From: Anaerolineae bacterium
GTDB taxonomy: Bacteria; Chloroflexota; Anaerolineae; B4-G1; SLSP01
DNA: 64,000 bases
Assembly (NCBI GenBank): GCA_016931185.1
Contig: JAFGFI010000028.1
Location: 32,987 to 96,986 of the forward strand
Direction: 5' to 3'
The first letter of the stretch is position 1, and each line of letters starts with the position of its first letter. Positions 19,454 through 28,590 of this stretch are shown here, piece after piece. The translations under genes and the position numbers were made by a program. The notes below the pieces were generated by a model, which made no database searches, was not told where the DNA came from, and was given only the letters and a program-made list of their open reading frames with translations.

Positions 19454-19501
19454 TATAAGACCCCCCCCGGTTTTTGAAAAAACCGGGGGGGAGGTCTTAT
19501 A
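19454..19501. terminator. Strong hairpin downstream of rplL (terminator / palindromic repeat family)
   Basis: TATAAGACC..CCCCCCGGTTTT-TGAA-AAAACCGGGGGG..GGTCTTATA. Degenerate relatives at 44505-44537 and 50404-50437. Confidence 0.7.
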
Positions 19502-19519
19502 TAAACAGAACCTATTCTG

Positions 19520-19903
19520 TTACTTGATCTCTACCACTGCGCCGGCCTCTTCCAACTTGGCCTTGGCATCTTCAGCGATTTCTTTAGCCACACCTTCCAT
19601 AAGATTGGCGGGCACGGCCTCGACCAAATCTTTGGCTTCTTTTAGACCCAGGGTCGTGATCTGGCGAACTGCCTTAATGACGTTAATCTTCTTGGGTCCC
19701 ACATCCTTGATCACAACGTCAAACTCGGTCTTTTCTTCTTCTGGTTCAGCTTCAACCGCAGCCGGGGCCATCATCATCCCTGCCATCGGCATTGCTGCAC
19801 CAGCCTGAACTCCCAGCTTATCCTCCAACATTTTGACCAGTTGGGATGCTTCCATCAACGTAAGAACACTAATTTCCTCAACTAACTTTTGCAAATCTGC
19901 CAT
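19520..19903 (-). CDS. rplL: 50S ribosomal protein L7/L12
   Basis: [31 protein letters not shown] 19903 with GAGGAGG SD. Confidence 0.98.
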   Translation of the reverse strand: MADLQKLVEEISVLTLMEASQLVKMLEDKLGVQAGAAMPMAGMMMAPAAVEAEPEEEKTEFDVVIKDVGPKKINVIKAVRQITTLGLKEAKDLVEAVPANLMEGVAKEIAEDAKAKLEEAGAVVEIK

Positions 19904-20009
19904 TTTAAATAAACCTCCTCTAGGGCTTTCCTTATTTATTTTTAATATGGATGTAGACAACATCCGCTGGGGATGCGATCATCCGTCTTTTATGAATGGC
20001 GACCCTGAT

Positions 20010-20570
20010 TTAGGCCGCCGCTCCGGCAGGATTTCCGCCGGCTTCTTCTAATTTATCTACATAGGCCTGCAGTACATTAACGATCTGCCGGATACCACTG
20101 GACACCACACTCACAAGTTGTGTCGCGGGCGCGTTGATGGTCCCTAATACTTGCGCCATTAATACTTCACGGCTAGGCATATCGGCAACCGCAATAGCTT
20201 CTGCTGCCGAAAGGAATTTCCCTTCAAGCAGCCCCCCTTTAACAACGAAACGACCCTCTTCCATTTCGCGAGCGAACTCACGGAATAATTTTGCTAAGGG
20301 CGCTATCTCTTGATGACAGAAAGCGACAATTGTCGTATTCACAAATAAGTCATCCGGGGGAATCAACCCAGCCTCGGTCAAGATCAGTTTCAACAGTGTG
20401 TTTTTGACCACAAAGATCTGCCCATCTTGCTCGCGAGCGCGACGGCGAAGATCTTCCATTTGGGATACCGAAAGTCCCTTATAGTCCGCGATCATGATGC
20501 CACTACTATTGCCTAGTTGTTGCTTATACTCAGCAACCAAAGCTTCTTTACGAGCGCGTGAAATAGCCAA
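20010..20570 (-). CDS. rplJ: 50S ribosomal protein L10
   Basis: ADYKGLSV, VVKNTL, PSREVL. TTG start with GGAGGTG SD. Confidence 0.97.
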   Translation of the reverse strand: MAISRARKEALVAEYKQQLGNSSGIMIADYKGLSVSQMEDLRRRAREQDGQIFVVKNTLLKLILTEAGLIPPDDLFVNTTIVAFCHQEIAPLAKLFREFAREMEEGRFVVKGGLLEGKFLSAAEAIAVADMPSREVLMAQVLGTINAPATQLVSVVSSGIRQIVNVLQAYVDKLEEAGGNPAGAAA

Positions 20571-20595
20571 TCTTTCTCACCTCCTTAAAAAATAA

Positions 20596-20850
20596 AAAAT
20601 CCTTACGTCAGCCGACGCAAGGATCAAGGGGAAGAACTTTTCCCTGGGGAAAAACTTTTCCCAGGGAGGAACTTTTCCCAATGCACTACAGTCACCCCTA
20701 CATAGTTTCAAATACGTGGGGACGTATCCTGGTAGATACGACTTTGTGCTCTTTGATCTTGCCTCGGCAGGACATTAAGCGCTTGGATAAACTTTTACGG
20801 AAAAGAATTTTCTAATAAAAATCGTTTTCCGCGCACCTGCGGTCTCAGGC
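20596..20850 (-). promoter_or_regulatory. L10 leader (rplJL autoregulatory RNA), expanded
   Basis: CCTGAGACCGCAGGTG...TTAATGTCCTGCCGAGG core at 20759-20850 and downstream hairpin plus U-tract at 20596-20625. Confidence 0.75.
20628..20680. repeat. Three tandem 17-18 bp mini-hairpin repeats GGG(G)AARAACTTTTCCCW
   Basis: Units at 20628-20645, 20646-20663 and 20664-20680. Confidence 0.85.
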
Positions 20851-20900
20851 AGATGGGGGAGGTATCTCCCCTTAGATAAGCTCAACTTGTTATAATGGAT

Positions 20901-21620
20901 TTAAACTACGGCCTCCATAGCTAATGCCGCGATAGGATCCACTTTTACACCAGGTCCCATTGATGGCGCAACTGTAACCCGTTTGAGATAGACCCCTTTT
21001 GCTGCTGCTGGTTTGACACGCCGGATCGTATCCATAATAGCTCCCATATTTTCCAACAACTGCTGGTCTGGGAAACTCACTTTACCTAACGCACAGTGAA
21101 TATTTCCGGAACGATCAAGACGGTATTCTACTCGACCGGCTTTCGCATCACGAATTGAGCGGGGTAAGTCTTCAGGCTGAACGACTGTCCCCGTCTTAGG
21201 ATTGGGCATCAAACCGCGACGACCTAGAACACGGCCTAAACGTCCTACGCGCGGCATCATTTCGGGAACGGCGACGGCCACATCAAAATCTACCCACCCA
21301 TCCATAATCTTTTTGATGCCATCATCATCACTGATAATAAAATCGGCTCCGGCCTCTTGAGCGATCTGTGCCGCTTCCCCGGCAGCAAACACTAACACAC
21401 GAACCGGTTTACCCAAACCATGCGGTAAACGCACGACACCACGGATATGTTGATCGGATCGCCGAGGATCCAACCCCATCCGCAAATGTAACTCGACTGT
21501 CCCATCAAAGTTAGTATAACTTACTTGCTGCACCAACTTGATCGCCTCTTCCGGCGAATAAAATCGCGTTGAGTCAACTTTCTCGGCCGCAGCTAAATAC
21601 TTTTTACCTCGTTTTGGCAT
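20901..21620 (-). CDS. rplA: 50S ribosomal protein L1
   Basis: MPKRGKKY, LPHGLGK, GLMPNPKTGTV, SMGPGVKVD. Confidence 0.98.
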   Translation of the reverse strand: MPKRGKKYLAAAEKVDSTRFYSPEEAIKLVQQVSYTNFDGTVELHLRMGLDPRRSDQHIRGVVRLPHGLGKPVRVLVFAAGEAAQIAQEAGADFIISDDDGIKKIMDGWVDFDVAVAVPEMMPRVGRLGRVLGRRGLMPNPKTGTVVQPEDLPRSIRDAKAGRVEYRLDRSGNIHCALGKVSFPDQQLLENMGAIMDTIRRVKPAAAKGVYLKRVTVAPSMGPGVKVDPIAALAMEAVV

Positions 21621-21632
21621 ATAAACCTCCTT

Positions 21633-21660
21633 GTGGTACTAGCGGGAAAATCCCTTCCAC
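21633..21660 (-). promoter_or_regulatory. Putative L1-binding autoregulatory site upstream of rplA
   Basis: GTGGAAGGGA-TTT-TCCCGCTAGTACCAC hairpin with internal loop directly before the AGGAGG SD. Confidence 0.6.
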
Positions 21661-21670
21661 ATCATTAACC

Positions 21671-22099
21671 CTAACTTATAATCTCAATACCCATACTGCG
21701 GGCACTACCGGCGATCATCCGTTCCGCTGCCTCAATATCATTTGCATTAAGATCTTTCATCTTAGTCTCCGCAATCTCGCGCAACTGCTGCTGAGTAATG
21801 CGCCCGACCTTATCCCGGTTGGGTTCGCGTGAACCTTTGGGAACCCCTGCGGCTTTGCGCAGCAAATCTGCGGTCGGGGGAGTTTTCAATACAAATGTAA
21901 ACGATGCATCCTGGTAAATCGTGATTTCCGCCGGGACAACATTACCCGTCATACTGGCGGTTTTAGCATTGTATTCCTTGCAAAATCCCATCAAATTGAT
22001 CCCGTGTTGCGCCAGCGCAGGACCAATAGGGGGAGCCGGATTTGCCTTACCCGCCTGAATCTGTAACTTAACGACTGCCTTTATCTTTTTCTTTGCCAT
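21671..22099 (-). CDS. rplK: 50S ribosomal protein L11
   Basis: [30 protein letters not shown]. Confidence 0.98.
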   Translation of the reverse strand: MAKKKIKAVVKLQIQAGKANPAPPIGPALAQHGINLMGFCKEYNAKTASMTGNVVPAEITIYQDASFTFVLKTPPTADLLRKAAGVPKGSREPNRDKVGRITQQQLREIAETKMKDLNANDIEAAERMIAGSARSMGIEIIS

Positions 22100-22171
22100 A
22101 TCTATCAGCTCTCCATAATTTAGGCTTATCCTTAATAAACCCAAGCGCTTACTCACAAATTTGAAACAACA

Positions 22172-22978
22172 CTACGCTTTTTCCACCTGTAGGAAATCTA
22201 ATTCGACGGGCGTCTCTCGCCCAAAGAATGAGACGAGAACCCGCACTTTTGTTCGTTCCTCGTCAATATCATCTACCATACCGATAAAATCCGCAAATGG
22301 GCCTTCAATAATACGCACTTTTTGGCCCAATTTGAAAGTGGCGCGCACTTGAGGCGCGGCTGCTTCCATACGTCGTAGGATATTTTGTACGGCCTCTGGT
22401 CTAAGCGCAGTGGGAGTATTCCCCATCCCCACAAATCCGGTCACACCCGGAGTATTACGCACTACGTACCACGAATCATCGGTTAACGTCATTTGGACCA
22501 TAATGTAACCAGGATAGAGACACCGTTCAACCGTGCGCCGTTTTCCATCCCGAATTTCAATCTCTTCCACAGTCGGAACGACCACCTGGAAGATAAATTC
22601 CTGCATCCCCATGGACTCAATACGCTGCTCCAGGTTATAGCGGACTTTTTGTTCATAACCCGAATAACAATGAATTACAAACCAAGCGCGTTCATCTTTA
22701 GAACCCTGCTCTTCATCTTCAGCAAAGGGATCAGGTAATACCCCTACAGGCTCAAGCTCAGGCTGTACTTCAACTATTTCCGCTTCAACGGCCTCAGTAG
22801 CAGGTTTATCCTCCTCAATGGAGAAAAACTGGAACGGATCCTCATCAGGAGTCGGTTCCAACCCAAAACTTTCGAAGATAGAGTCCGAAAGGTCTAACTC
22901 CGGTAATACCCCATAATCCCCATCAGCATCTTGAGGTGTTAATATATCTTTGTCATCCAACGGATGTGTTTTTGGCAT
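22172..22978 (-). CDS. nusG: Transcription factor NusG with an acidic N-terminal extension of about 95 aa
   Basis: WFVIHCYSGYE, VRNTPGVTGFVG, KOW motif IIEGPFADF, FGRETPVELDF. Confidence 0.97.
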   Translation of the reverse strand: MPKTHPLDDKDILTPQDADGDYGVLPELDLSDSIFESFGLEPTPDEDPFQFFSIEEDKPATEAVEAEIVEVQPELEPVGVLPDPFAEDEEQGSKDERAWFVIHCYSGYEQKVRYNLEQRIESMGMQEFIFQVVVPTVEEIEIRDGKRRTVERCLYPGYIMVQMTLTDDSWYVVRNTPGVTGFVGMGNTPTALRPEAVQNILRRMEAAAPQVRATFKLGQKVRIIEGPFADFIGMVDDIDEERTKVRVLVSFFGRETPVELDFLQVEKA

Positions 22979-23025
22979 AATCCAAGCCTATCAACGTTTA
23001 AAAGAGGGTTATACTCTGGTCGAAA

Positions 23026-23325
23026 CTAAACCTCTTCGCCACGTCCAATCAAAATGGCGGCCCCTAATAGAGCCAGCATTACAACCACACTTAAAACAAT
23101 AAACAACAAATCTTGAGCGATGACGCCTCGCAGCAACACACCGAAGACGAAATCCAACCCCCCCAAGAAAATTGCCATCAAAACCGTTACCATTAAAACA
23201 ATCTTAGTGAGTGACCACCCCTGTTCCATAGTAGGCCAACGCACTTTTCGTAATTCTGCTCTGGTTTCTCGAAAATAACGCACGATCACATTATCTTTTT
23301 TTACTTTTTTATCCTGGCCGGTCAC
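23026..23325 (-). CDS. secE: Preprotein translocase SecE
   Basis: YFRETRAELRKVRWPT followed by TM segments; lies between tRNA-Trp and nusG. Confidence 0.93.
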   Translation of the reverse strand: MTGQDKKVKKDNVIVRYFRETRAELRKVRWPTMEQGWSLTKIVLMVTVLMAIFLGGLDFVFGVLLRGVIAQDLLFIVLSVVVMLALLGAAILIGRGEEV

Positions 23326-23394
23326 TTAAATGCCTCCATCACATCTACAATACTTAAAAACACCGCTAGCGTGCGGTGTCTTTGCATAAAAAGG

Positions 23395-23467
<73 letters not shown>

Positions 23468-23513
23468 GCGTTATATAAAGAGAACTTTTTACTAAAGCAC
23501 ACGCTCTTTACAA

Positions 23514-23586
23514 AGCCCACGATCAGATTTGAACTGATGACCCCTTTCTTACCAAGAAAGTGCTCTTCCGACTGAGCTACGTGGGC
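23514..23586 (-). tRNA. tRNA-Thr (GGT)
   Basis: GCCCACG/CGTGGGC stem, TTGGTAA loop, GTTCAA T-loop. Confidence 0.96.
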
Positions 23587-23594
23587 GATCAAGA

Positions 23595-23677
23595 TGGGCA
23601 GGGAGGGACTCGAACCCCCGGAGGTATATACCAGCTGATTTACAGTCAGCCTCCTTTGCCGCTCGGAACACCTGCCC
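23595..23677 (-). tRNA. tRNA-Tyr (GTA)
   Basis: GGGCAGG/CCTGCCC stem, CTGTAAA loop, long variable arm. Confidence 0.96.
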
Positions 23678-23686
23678 ATGATAAAG

Positions 23687-23759
23687 AGCCGACGGTGGGA
23701 ATCGAACCCACAACCCTCCGCTTACAAGGCGGATGCTCCGCCGATTGAGCTACGTCGGC
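23687..23759 (-). tRNA. tRNA-Thr (TGT)
   Basis: GCCGACG/CGTCGGC stem, TTGTAA anticodon loop, GTTCGA T-loop. Confidence 0.96.
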
Positions 23760-23780
23760 GCACTATTCAGTAACCGTAAC

Positions 23781-23808
23781 ATTATAGCACACCGCGGCGC
23801 AGGGTCAA
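23781..23808 (-). promoter_or_regulatory. Sigma70-type promoter for the tRNA-secE-nusG cluster
   Basis: TTGACC-16 nt-TATAAT with a TGn extended -10. Confidence 0.75.
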
Positions 23809-23858
23809 GGGCTAATTACTTAGCTACTCACCGTATGCAACGCTAAGTATACACAACA

Positions 23859-25523
23859 CTATAGTTTTGTCAACCGTTGGTAATCTTCCAAATCCACATA
23901 ACTCCGCAGCGTCCCTCCATCTACCGCCCAGACGCGGGTGGCGAAGTTTTGGATAAAGTAACGATCATGGACAACGGCCAGAACAGTGCCTTCGTAGGCC
24001 GTCATCGCCTGCTCGAACTGCGCGCGGCTAGGAATGTCTAGGTGGTTGATCGGTTCATCAAGTAGCAGGCAATTGCAGCCACTGGCGACCAGGCGCGCTA
24101 ACACTAGCCGGGCGCGTTCCCCGTAGCTCAAGCTGCGGATGGGGATGAAGACATCGTCGCCACTGAAGAGAAAGTAGTGCAAGAACGACCGCACGTCGGT
24201 GTCGGACATATTGGCGATACTGCGGATGGTCTCAAAAGGTGTGCTGTTGGGGGCTAGATTTTCCTGCTCTTGAGCGTAGTAACCTAACTGTACGTTGGCT
24301 CCCAAGCGTGCTTCTCCATCCAACGGATCGAGTTGTCCGGTGATGACGCGCAGTAATGTCGTCTTGCCCGCGCCATTGGGTCCAATCAGTGCCACACGCT
24401 CTCCTTGGCTTAGGATTTCGTTGATGTTACTGGCTAACGGGACACCGTTATAGCCGACGCTCAGATTGTTGAGGATGATTACCTCCTGCCCGCTTGGTGG
24501 CGTATCCACAAATTCTAACTTCATCTGCCAGGAAAGTTTGGGCTTTTCCAATGCCTCCGTCTCCAATTCGCGTTCCAGCCGGCGTTGCTGTACCGTCGCC
24601 CGCCGCGCGATGCCCTTGGCGATTTTGCGCACGCTAAAGTCAATTGTGCCATGCTCGATGCTGCTGGCATAGCCCGCGAGTCGTCGGACGCCCTGTTCCA
24701 GCCGCGCGAAGTATTCCTGCTGGTCTTTGTAAGCCGTCAATTGTTTTTCGCTCTCGCGTTGTTTCGTCTCAATGTAGTCGCTGTAAGTGCCGGGATAGCT
24801 TGTGACCTGCTGTGTGCGCGGATCCAATTCCAGGATCACGTTGACTGTGCGATCCAGGAACATCCGGTCGTGCGAGACGATGAGGGCGGCGCCCTGGTAG
24901 CTCTGCAACCACCCTTCTAGCCACTCCAATGCTCCAATGTCGAGATGATTGGTCGGTTCATCCAGGAGCAGGATTTGGGGATCTTGCAAAAGCAACCGGG
25001 CCAATCCCAGCCGTGTTTTCTGTCCGCCACTCAGGTGACTGAGCGGCGTATCCAGCGGCAGGTGATCGAGAGCCAAACCTTTGAGAATGGCCTCAATTTC
25101 ATGTTCTGGTATTTGTTGGTGGACTAGTACTTCCAGGTGAGTTAATGCCTGATCGTAGGTATCCATAATGCGTGCTTGTTCCGCGCCCTCCGTTGTTACC
25201 ATTGCGGCGGCCAAGTCGGCGATCTGTGCCTCGACCTGCTCCAGTTCGGTTTTCGCCTCCTGGAGAATATCTGCCAGGGTGTCCTCCGCGCCATATACCA
25301 GCCCCTGTTCTAAATGCCCCAAGCGTACATCCGGTGGGCTGGTGTTGGCCGAGCCGGTGTCCGGCGTTTCCTCCCCGGTGATCATACGTAACAACGTTGT
25401 TTTCCCACAGCCGTTAGGCCCTATCAGCCCCATCCGGTCGCCGGGATTCAGGATAAAGGAGACATTTTTCAAAAGCTGTACGTCTCCGTAATGTTTACTG
25501 ATATTTGAAAGTTGTAGCATCAT
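23859..25523 (-). CDS. ABC-F family ribosome-associated ATPase (possible ARE type)
   Basis: Two NBDs (GPNGCGKTT / LSGGQ / LLDEPTNHLD; GPNGAGKTT / LSYGE / LLDEPINHLD), no TM segments, long inter-NBD linker. Confidence 0.92.
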   Translation of the reverse strand: MMLQLSNISKHYGDVQLLKNVSFILNPGDRMGLIGPNGCGKTTLLRMITGEETPDTGSANTSPPDVRLGHLEQGLVYGAEDTLADILQEAKTELEQVEAQIADLAAAMVTTEGAEQARIMDTYDQALTHLEVLVHQQIPEHEIEAILKGLALDHLPLDTPLSHLSGGQKTRLGLARLLLQDPQILLLDEPTNHLDIGALEWLEGWLQSYQGAALIVSHDRMFLDRTVNVILELDPRTQQVTSYPGTYSDYIETKQRESEKQLTAYKDQQEYFARLEQGVRRLAGYASSIEHGTIDFSVRKIAKGIARRATVQQRRLERELETEALEKPKLSWQMKLEFVDTPPSGQEVIILNNLSVGYNGVPLASNINEILSQGERVALIGPNGAGKTTLLRVITGQLDPLDGEARLGANVQLGYYAQEQENLAPNSTPFETIRSIANMSDTDVRSFLHYFLFSGDDVFIPIRSLSYGERARLVLARLVASGCNCLLLDEPINHLDIPSRAQFEQAMTAYEGTVLAVVHDRYFIQNFATRVWAVDGGTLRSYVDLEDYQRLTKL

Positions 25524-25548
25524 AGCCTCTTTTAATGTGTTGAAAGAT

Positions 25549-25573
25549 GTAGCTGCGATTCGGGAATCGCGTC
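25549..25573 (+). repeat. GTAG-REP-like hairpin
   Basis: GTAGCT-GCGATT-CGGG-AATCGC-GTC. Confidence 0.5.
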
Positions 25574-25613
25574 CTTATTGCGTCTTACAATGATGTATCA
25601 AATATATGACGCG

Positions 25614-25760
25614 AGTTGCTACCTTGTGGTAGCGGAAGAGAAAAGGGTGTTTTTTCACACGCGGCTCTTGCCGCGTGCGAAAAAAACATCTTTTCCCTTC
25701 TCTTTTTCGCCCCTATGGGCGAAAAAGAGAAATTCACGTGATAGGTAGCAACTTAGGTTA
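25614..25760. mobile_element. Structured MITE-like repeat, copy 2, with 11-bp terminal inverted repeats
   Basis: AGTTGCTACCT (25614-25624) / AGGTAGCAACT (25743-25753); interior shared with 19333-19450. Confidence 0.7.
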
Positions 25761-25802
25761 TATATGTGTTGTGTGTCATTCGGTACTCCTTGATAGGAAA
25801 AC

Positions 25803-25838
25803 AAAAAAGCCGTGGGGCGGGCTAGGCTCCACGGCTTT
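25803..25838 (-). terminator. Intrinsic terminator in the ABC-F leader (attenuator)
   Basis: AAAGCCGTGG-loop-CCACGGC-TTTTTT on the - strand, upstream of the ABC-F start. Confidence 0.75.
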
Positions 25839-25865
25839 AAATAGCAATATTTCAGGTATGTGTCG

Positions 25866-25946
25866 TTATAAACAAGGATGCAGCGCAGGCTTGACGGCCA
25901 TAATGCCCCCCAGAGGGTATAAGTCAATTGCCTGCATCTCTGTCAT
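25866..25946 (-). CDS. Putative 26-aa leader peptide MTEMQAIDLYPLGGIMAVKPALHPCL
   Basis: AAGGAG SD 9 nt before the ATG; lies between the promoter and the terminator. Confidence 0.55.
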   Translation of the reverse strand: MTEMQAIDLYPLGGIMAVKPALHPCL

Positions 25947-25984
25947 TCCTGAAAACTCCTTATCGATTTATAAACAACACTATA

Positions 25985-26012
25985 AGTATAACGTGTTTAT
26001 AAAGATTGTCAA
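25985..26012 (-). promoter_or_regulatory. Sigma70-type promoter for the ABC-F leader
   Basis: TTGACA-16 nt-TATACT; overlapped by a 10-bp inverted repeat (25967-25976 / 25994-26003). Confidence 0.65.
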
Positions 26013-26143
26013 TGTTGGAAAAATTTAAAAGAGCTGTTATGTTATTTGGAGTCTGGCTTACTTCTGATAAAATTTATACGTCTCACGTACTGGCACATTC
26101 AAGCGAAACACACCCAAATCATTGAGGATTGGAGGACCTTTTT

Positions 26144-28534
26144 GTGAGAGAGCGAATAGCGGGTATACATTTTGCGGGACGTTTATGGGTATTGATTGTA
26201 ATATACATCCTGATTGCAATCTGGTATGCTAACAGTTTGCCACCAGGTGAAGGTGTTGATGAGCTTTCGCATTTCAAATATGTACAGTATGTAGCTCAAA
26301 ATCGGCGCCTTCCTTTACAGGGCCGCCAAGAGGGTGGGGTTAGAGTGGTGATGGCTTATCATTCTCCTCTTTACTACATCGTCAGTGCTATTCTCATTCA
26401 TGACCTTGATACCTCTGATCTGCATATAACATTACGGCCTAATCCACATTTTATTTGGAGTGAAACGGGCCGTGATGGTTGGAACGCCGTTTTACCGGTG
26501 TCCTCAACTGCCGCAAAACATAGAGGGGGTCTGCAGGCCATTCAGCGATTACGCAGCTTTGGCATAGTATTGGGTGTTATAACACTGATTGTGAGCTATA
26601 AGGCCGTCCAAGAACTTTTGCCAGATCATCCCTGGTCGCCGTTAGGGGCGGTCGCTTTAATGGGTCTAAATCCTTCATTCATTTACATGACGGTGAATAT
26701 TCATCATGATGTATTACTGGCTATGCTGTTTACTGTGGGCCTCTATGGGTGTATTTATCACGCGACGCATGACCTGCAGTTATCTGATTTAGTAATAGGC
26801 GGTGTAGTGATGGGGGCGGTGATTCTGACCAAGTTGAGTGGGTTAGCGTTGCTCCCGGCGATGATGGCTGTGCTTTGGTTACGACCTATAAAAATGCAAG
26901 ATTGGAAGAACCGTTTCTGGCAAACTTGTGTTTTCGGAGGGGTAACCTTACTGGTCTGTGGCTGGTGGTTTGTGCGTAATCAAGTTCTATATGGGGATCT
27001 TATCGGTCTTAATGTATATCTTACTTACTATACACATAATTTACGCCGTTCTCCGTTTACGTGGAGTGTCTTTACCGGGGAATTCCTGGCACAATTAGGG
27101 CGTACTTTCTGGGGGGCATTTGGGTTTATGCATATACTCCTTCCTTTTTCCTGGCGGAGGGGTATGTGGATTATGACCGGCATAGCCCTATTGGGATATG
27201 TAGTGAGTATGGTACGAAATTTCCTCAAACCCATACTTTTCGGCAGCTTTGTGCTTCAACCTTCAGTTTTCAACTTTGCATCTTTATCTCGCAATTTTAC
27301 TAGATGGGCCTCTTATATCTCTAAAAAAGGACGCGCTGTTGTGGACAATGCCTATCGGCTTCCCGAAAAAAGTGTTGCCTGGCTTGGGCCGTTGGTGGCC
27401 CTGGCGGGTCTTTTTGTGTTCTTTGTGCGGTTTGCCGCACAGACACTAGGTGCCGGTCACGGACGCTATTTATTACCCGTCGCAATCACGCTCGGCAGTA
27501 TCTTGATCGGAGGGTTAAATGCCTACACGCGGTGGCGACACCAACGACTTGTTAGCATTGTCCTGCTCGTGGGAATGTCCAGTTATGCGGTAGCCTCTGC
27601 TGCAATTTATGCATGGCCTAAGTACAAACTACCGGATAGTATAATGGACGTAGAATTAGCCGAAGCTATGCCTTTAGGAATTCACTATGATGGGGGTGTT
27701 GAATTGACGGCGGTCAAAGTCAGTTCTCCTGTTGCTGCCCCAGGACAGTGGGTGCAGGTGAGGACGTATTGGAGTACTCACTCGTCTACAGTAGGGCATA
27801 CGGATCCTTACGTGTATTTAACGTTAGTAACGGATGACGATCACACGGTAAAAACAGCCAACTTTTGGCCTGAAGCGGCAACGGTTCCCGATAGATGGGG
27901 AGAGCGAATCGTTGCGAAGACAAGTGCATTTCATATACCCCCTAAGTTATCCGGTCACCTATGTCTGAAGGTTCGGGTGCGCGATGGGAAAGAGGGGCCG
28001 TGGTTGCTCGCGCGGGGTAACGTACCCCTGGGAAATGGCACAGCTTCTGCCATCCCTATTTTTAAGTTGCTGGCTCTAGGATCAGTGCAGGAGATTGGTG
28101 AATTTGATCTCCCAGCAGAACAGCGTTCAGAAGTGTTCGCGAATACGATTCAATTGCGCTCCGTGCAATTGCCACAACACGTGCAGCCGGGACACGTTTT
28201 GCCGGTTGCTTTTTATTGGCAGGTATTGGATACTATAGATGAAGACTATACCCTATTTGTTCACGTCCTGGATCAAAACGATATCCTGGTAGCTCAATTG
28301 GATAGTCCTCCAGGTGGAGGCACAATGCCGACTTCAAGCTGGCCCCATTCAAAACCATTGTTGGATACCTATCCGGTTGCATTGCCAGATGACTTGGAAC
28401 CGGGAGAATATGAAGTTTATATTGGAATGTATACCTGGCCCGACTTGATCAGACAGCCCATCACGCGAGATGGAGTCTACCTGAGCGACGTCTTGCGGGT
28501 GGGATCGGTGATTGTTGAGCCACCGGAGCGTTGA
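26144..28534 (+). CDS. GT-C (GT39/ArnT/DUF2142-like) membrane glycosyltransferase with C-terminal extracellular Ig-like domains
   Basis: GVDELSHFKY, YHSPLYY, ILTKLSG, WWFVRNQVLYGD, TFWGAFG, GRYLLP; C-terminal DYTLFVHVLD..VAQLD..PTSSW. GTG 26144 follows a GGAGG SD. Confidence 0.75.
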   Translation: MRERIAGIHFAGRLWVLIVIYILIAIWYANSLPPGEGVDELSHFKYVQYVAQNRRLPLQGRQEGGVRVVMAYHSPLYYIVSAILIHDLDTSDLHITLRPNPHFIWSETGRDGWNAVLPVSSTAAKHRGGLQAIQRLRSFGIVLGVITLIVSYKAVQELLPDHPWSPLGAVALMGLNPSFIYMTVNIHHDVLLAMLFTVGLYGCIYHATHDLQLSDLVIGGVVMGAVILTKLSGLALLPAMMAVLWLRPIKMQDWKNRFWQTCVFGGVTLLVCGWWFVRNQVLYGDLIGLNVYLTYYTHNLRRSPFTWSVFTGEFLAQLGRTFWGAFGFMHILLPFSWRRGMWIMTGIALLGYVVSMVRNFLKPILFGSFVLQPSVFNFASLSRNFTRWASYISKKGRAVVDNAYRLPEKSVAWLGPLVALAGLFVFFVRFAAQTLGAGHGRYLLPVAITLGSILIGGLNAYTRWRHQRLVSIVLLVGMSSYAVASAAIYAWPKYKLPDSIMDVELAEAMPLGIHYDGGVELTAVKVSSPVAAPGQWVQVRTYWSTHSSTVGHTDPYVYLTLVTDDDHTVKTANFWPEAATVPDRWGERIVAKTSAFHIPPKLSGHLCLKVRVRDGKEGPWLLARGNVPLGNGTASAIPIFKLLALGSVQEIGEFDLPAEQRSEVFANTIQLRSVQLPQHVQPGHVLPVAFYWQVLDTIDEDYTLFVHVLDQNDILVAQLDSPPGGGTMPTSSWPHSKPLLDTYPVALPDDLEPGEYEVYIGMYTWPDLIRQPITRDGVYLSDVLRVGSVIVEPPER

Positions 28535-28540
28535 TGTGCT

Positions 28541-28590
28541 GAATAGCGCTCGCTATTTCCGAATAGCGCTCGCTATTTCTGAATAGCGCT
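28541..28590. repeat. 2.5 tandem copies of a 20-bp palindromic unit GAATAGCGCTCGCTATTTCY between convergent genes
   Basis: Units start at 28541, 28561 and 28581; no spacers. Confidence 0.9.

Noticed and set aside
25655-26028. 90-aa and 117-aa ORFs upstream of the ABC-F gene
   Set aside because: They run through the MITE, terminator and promoter; the region is better explained as a regulatory leader.
28541-28590. Possible CRISPR array
   Set aside because: Repeats abut with no spacers, only 2.5 units, and there are no cas genes.
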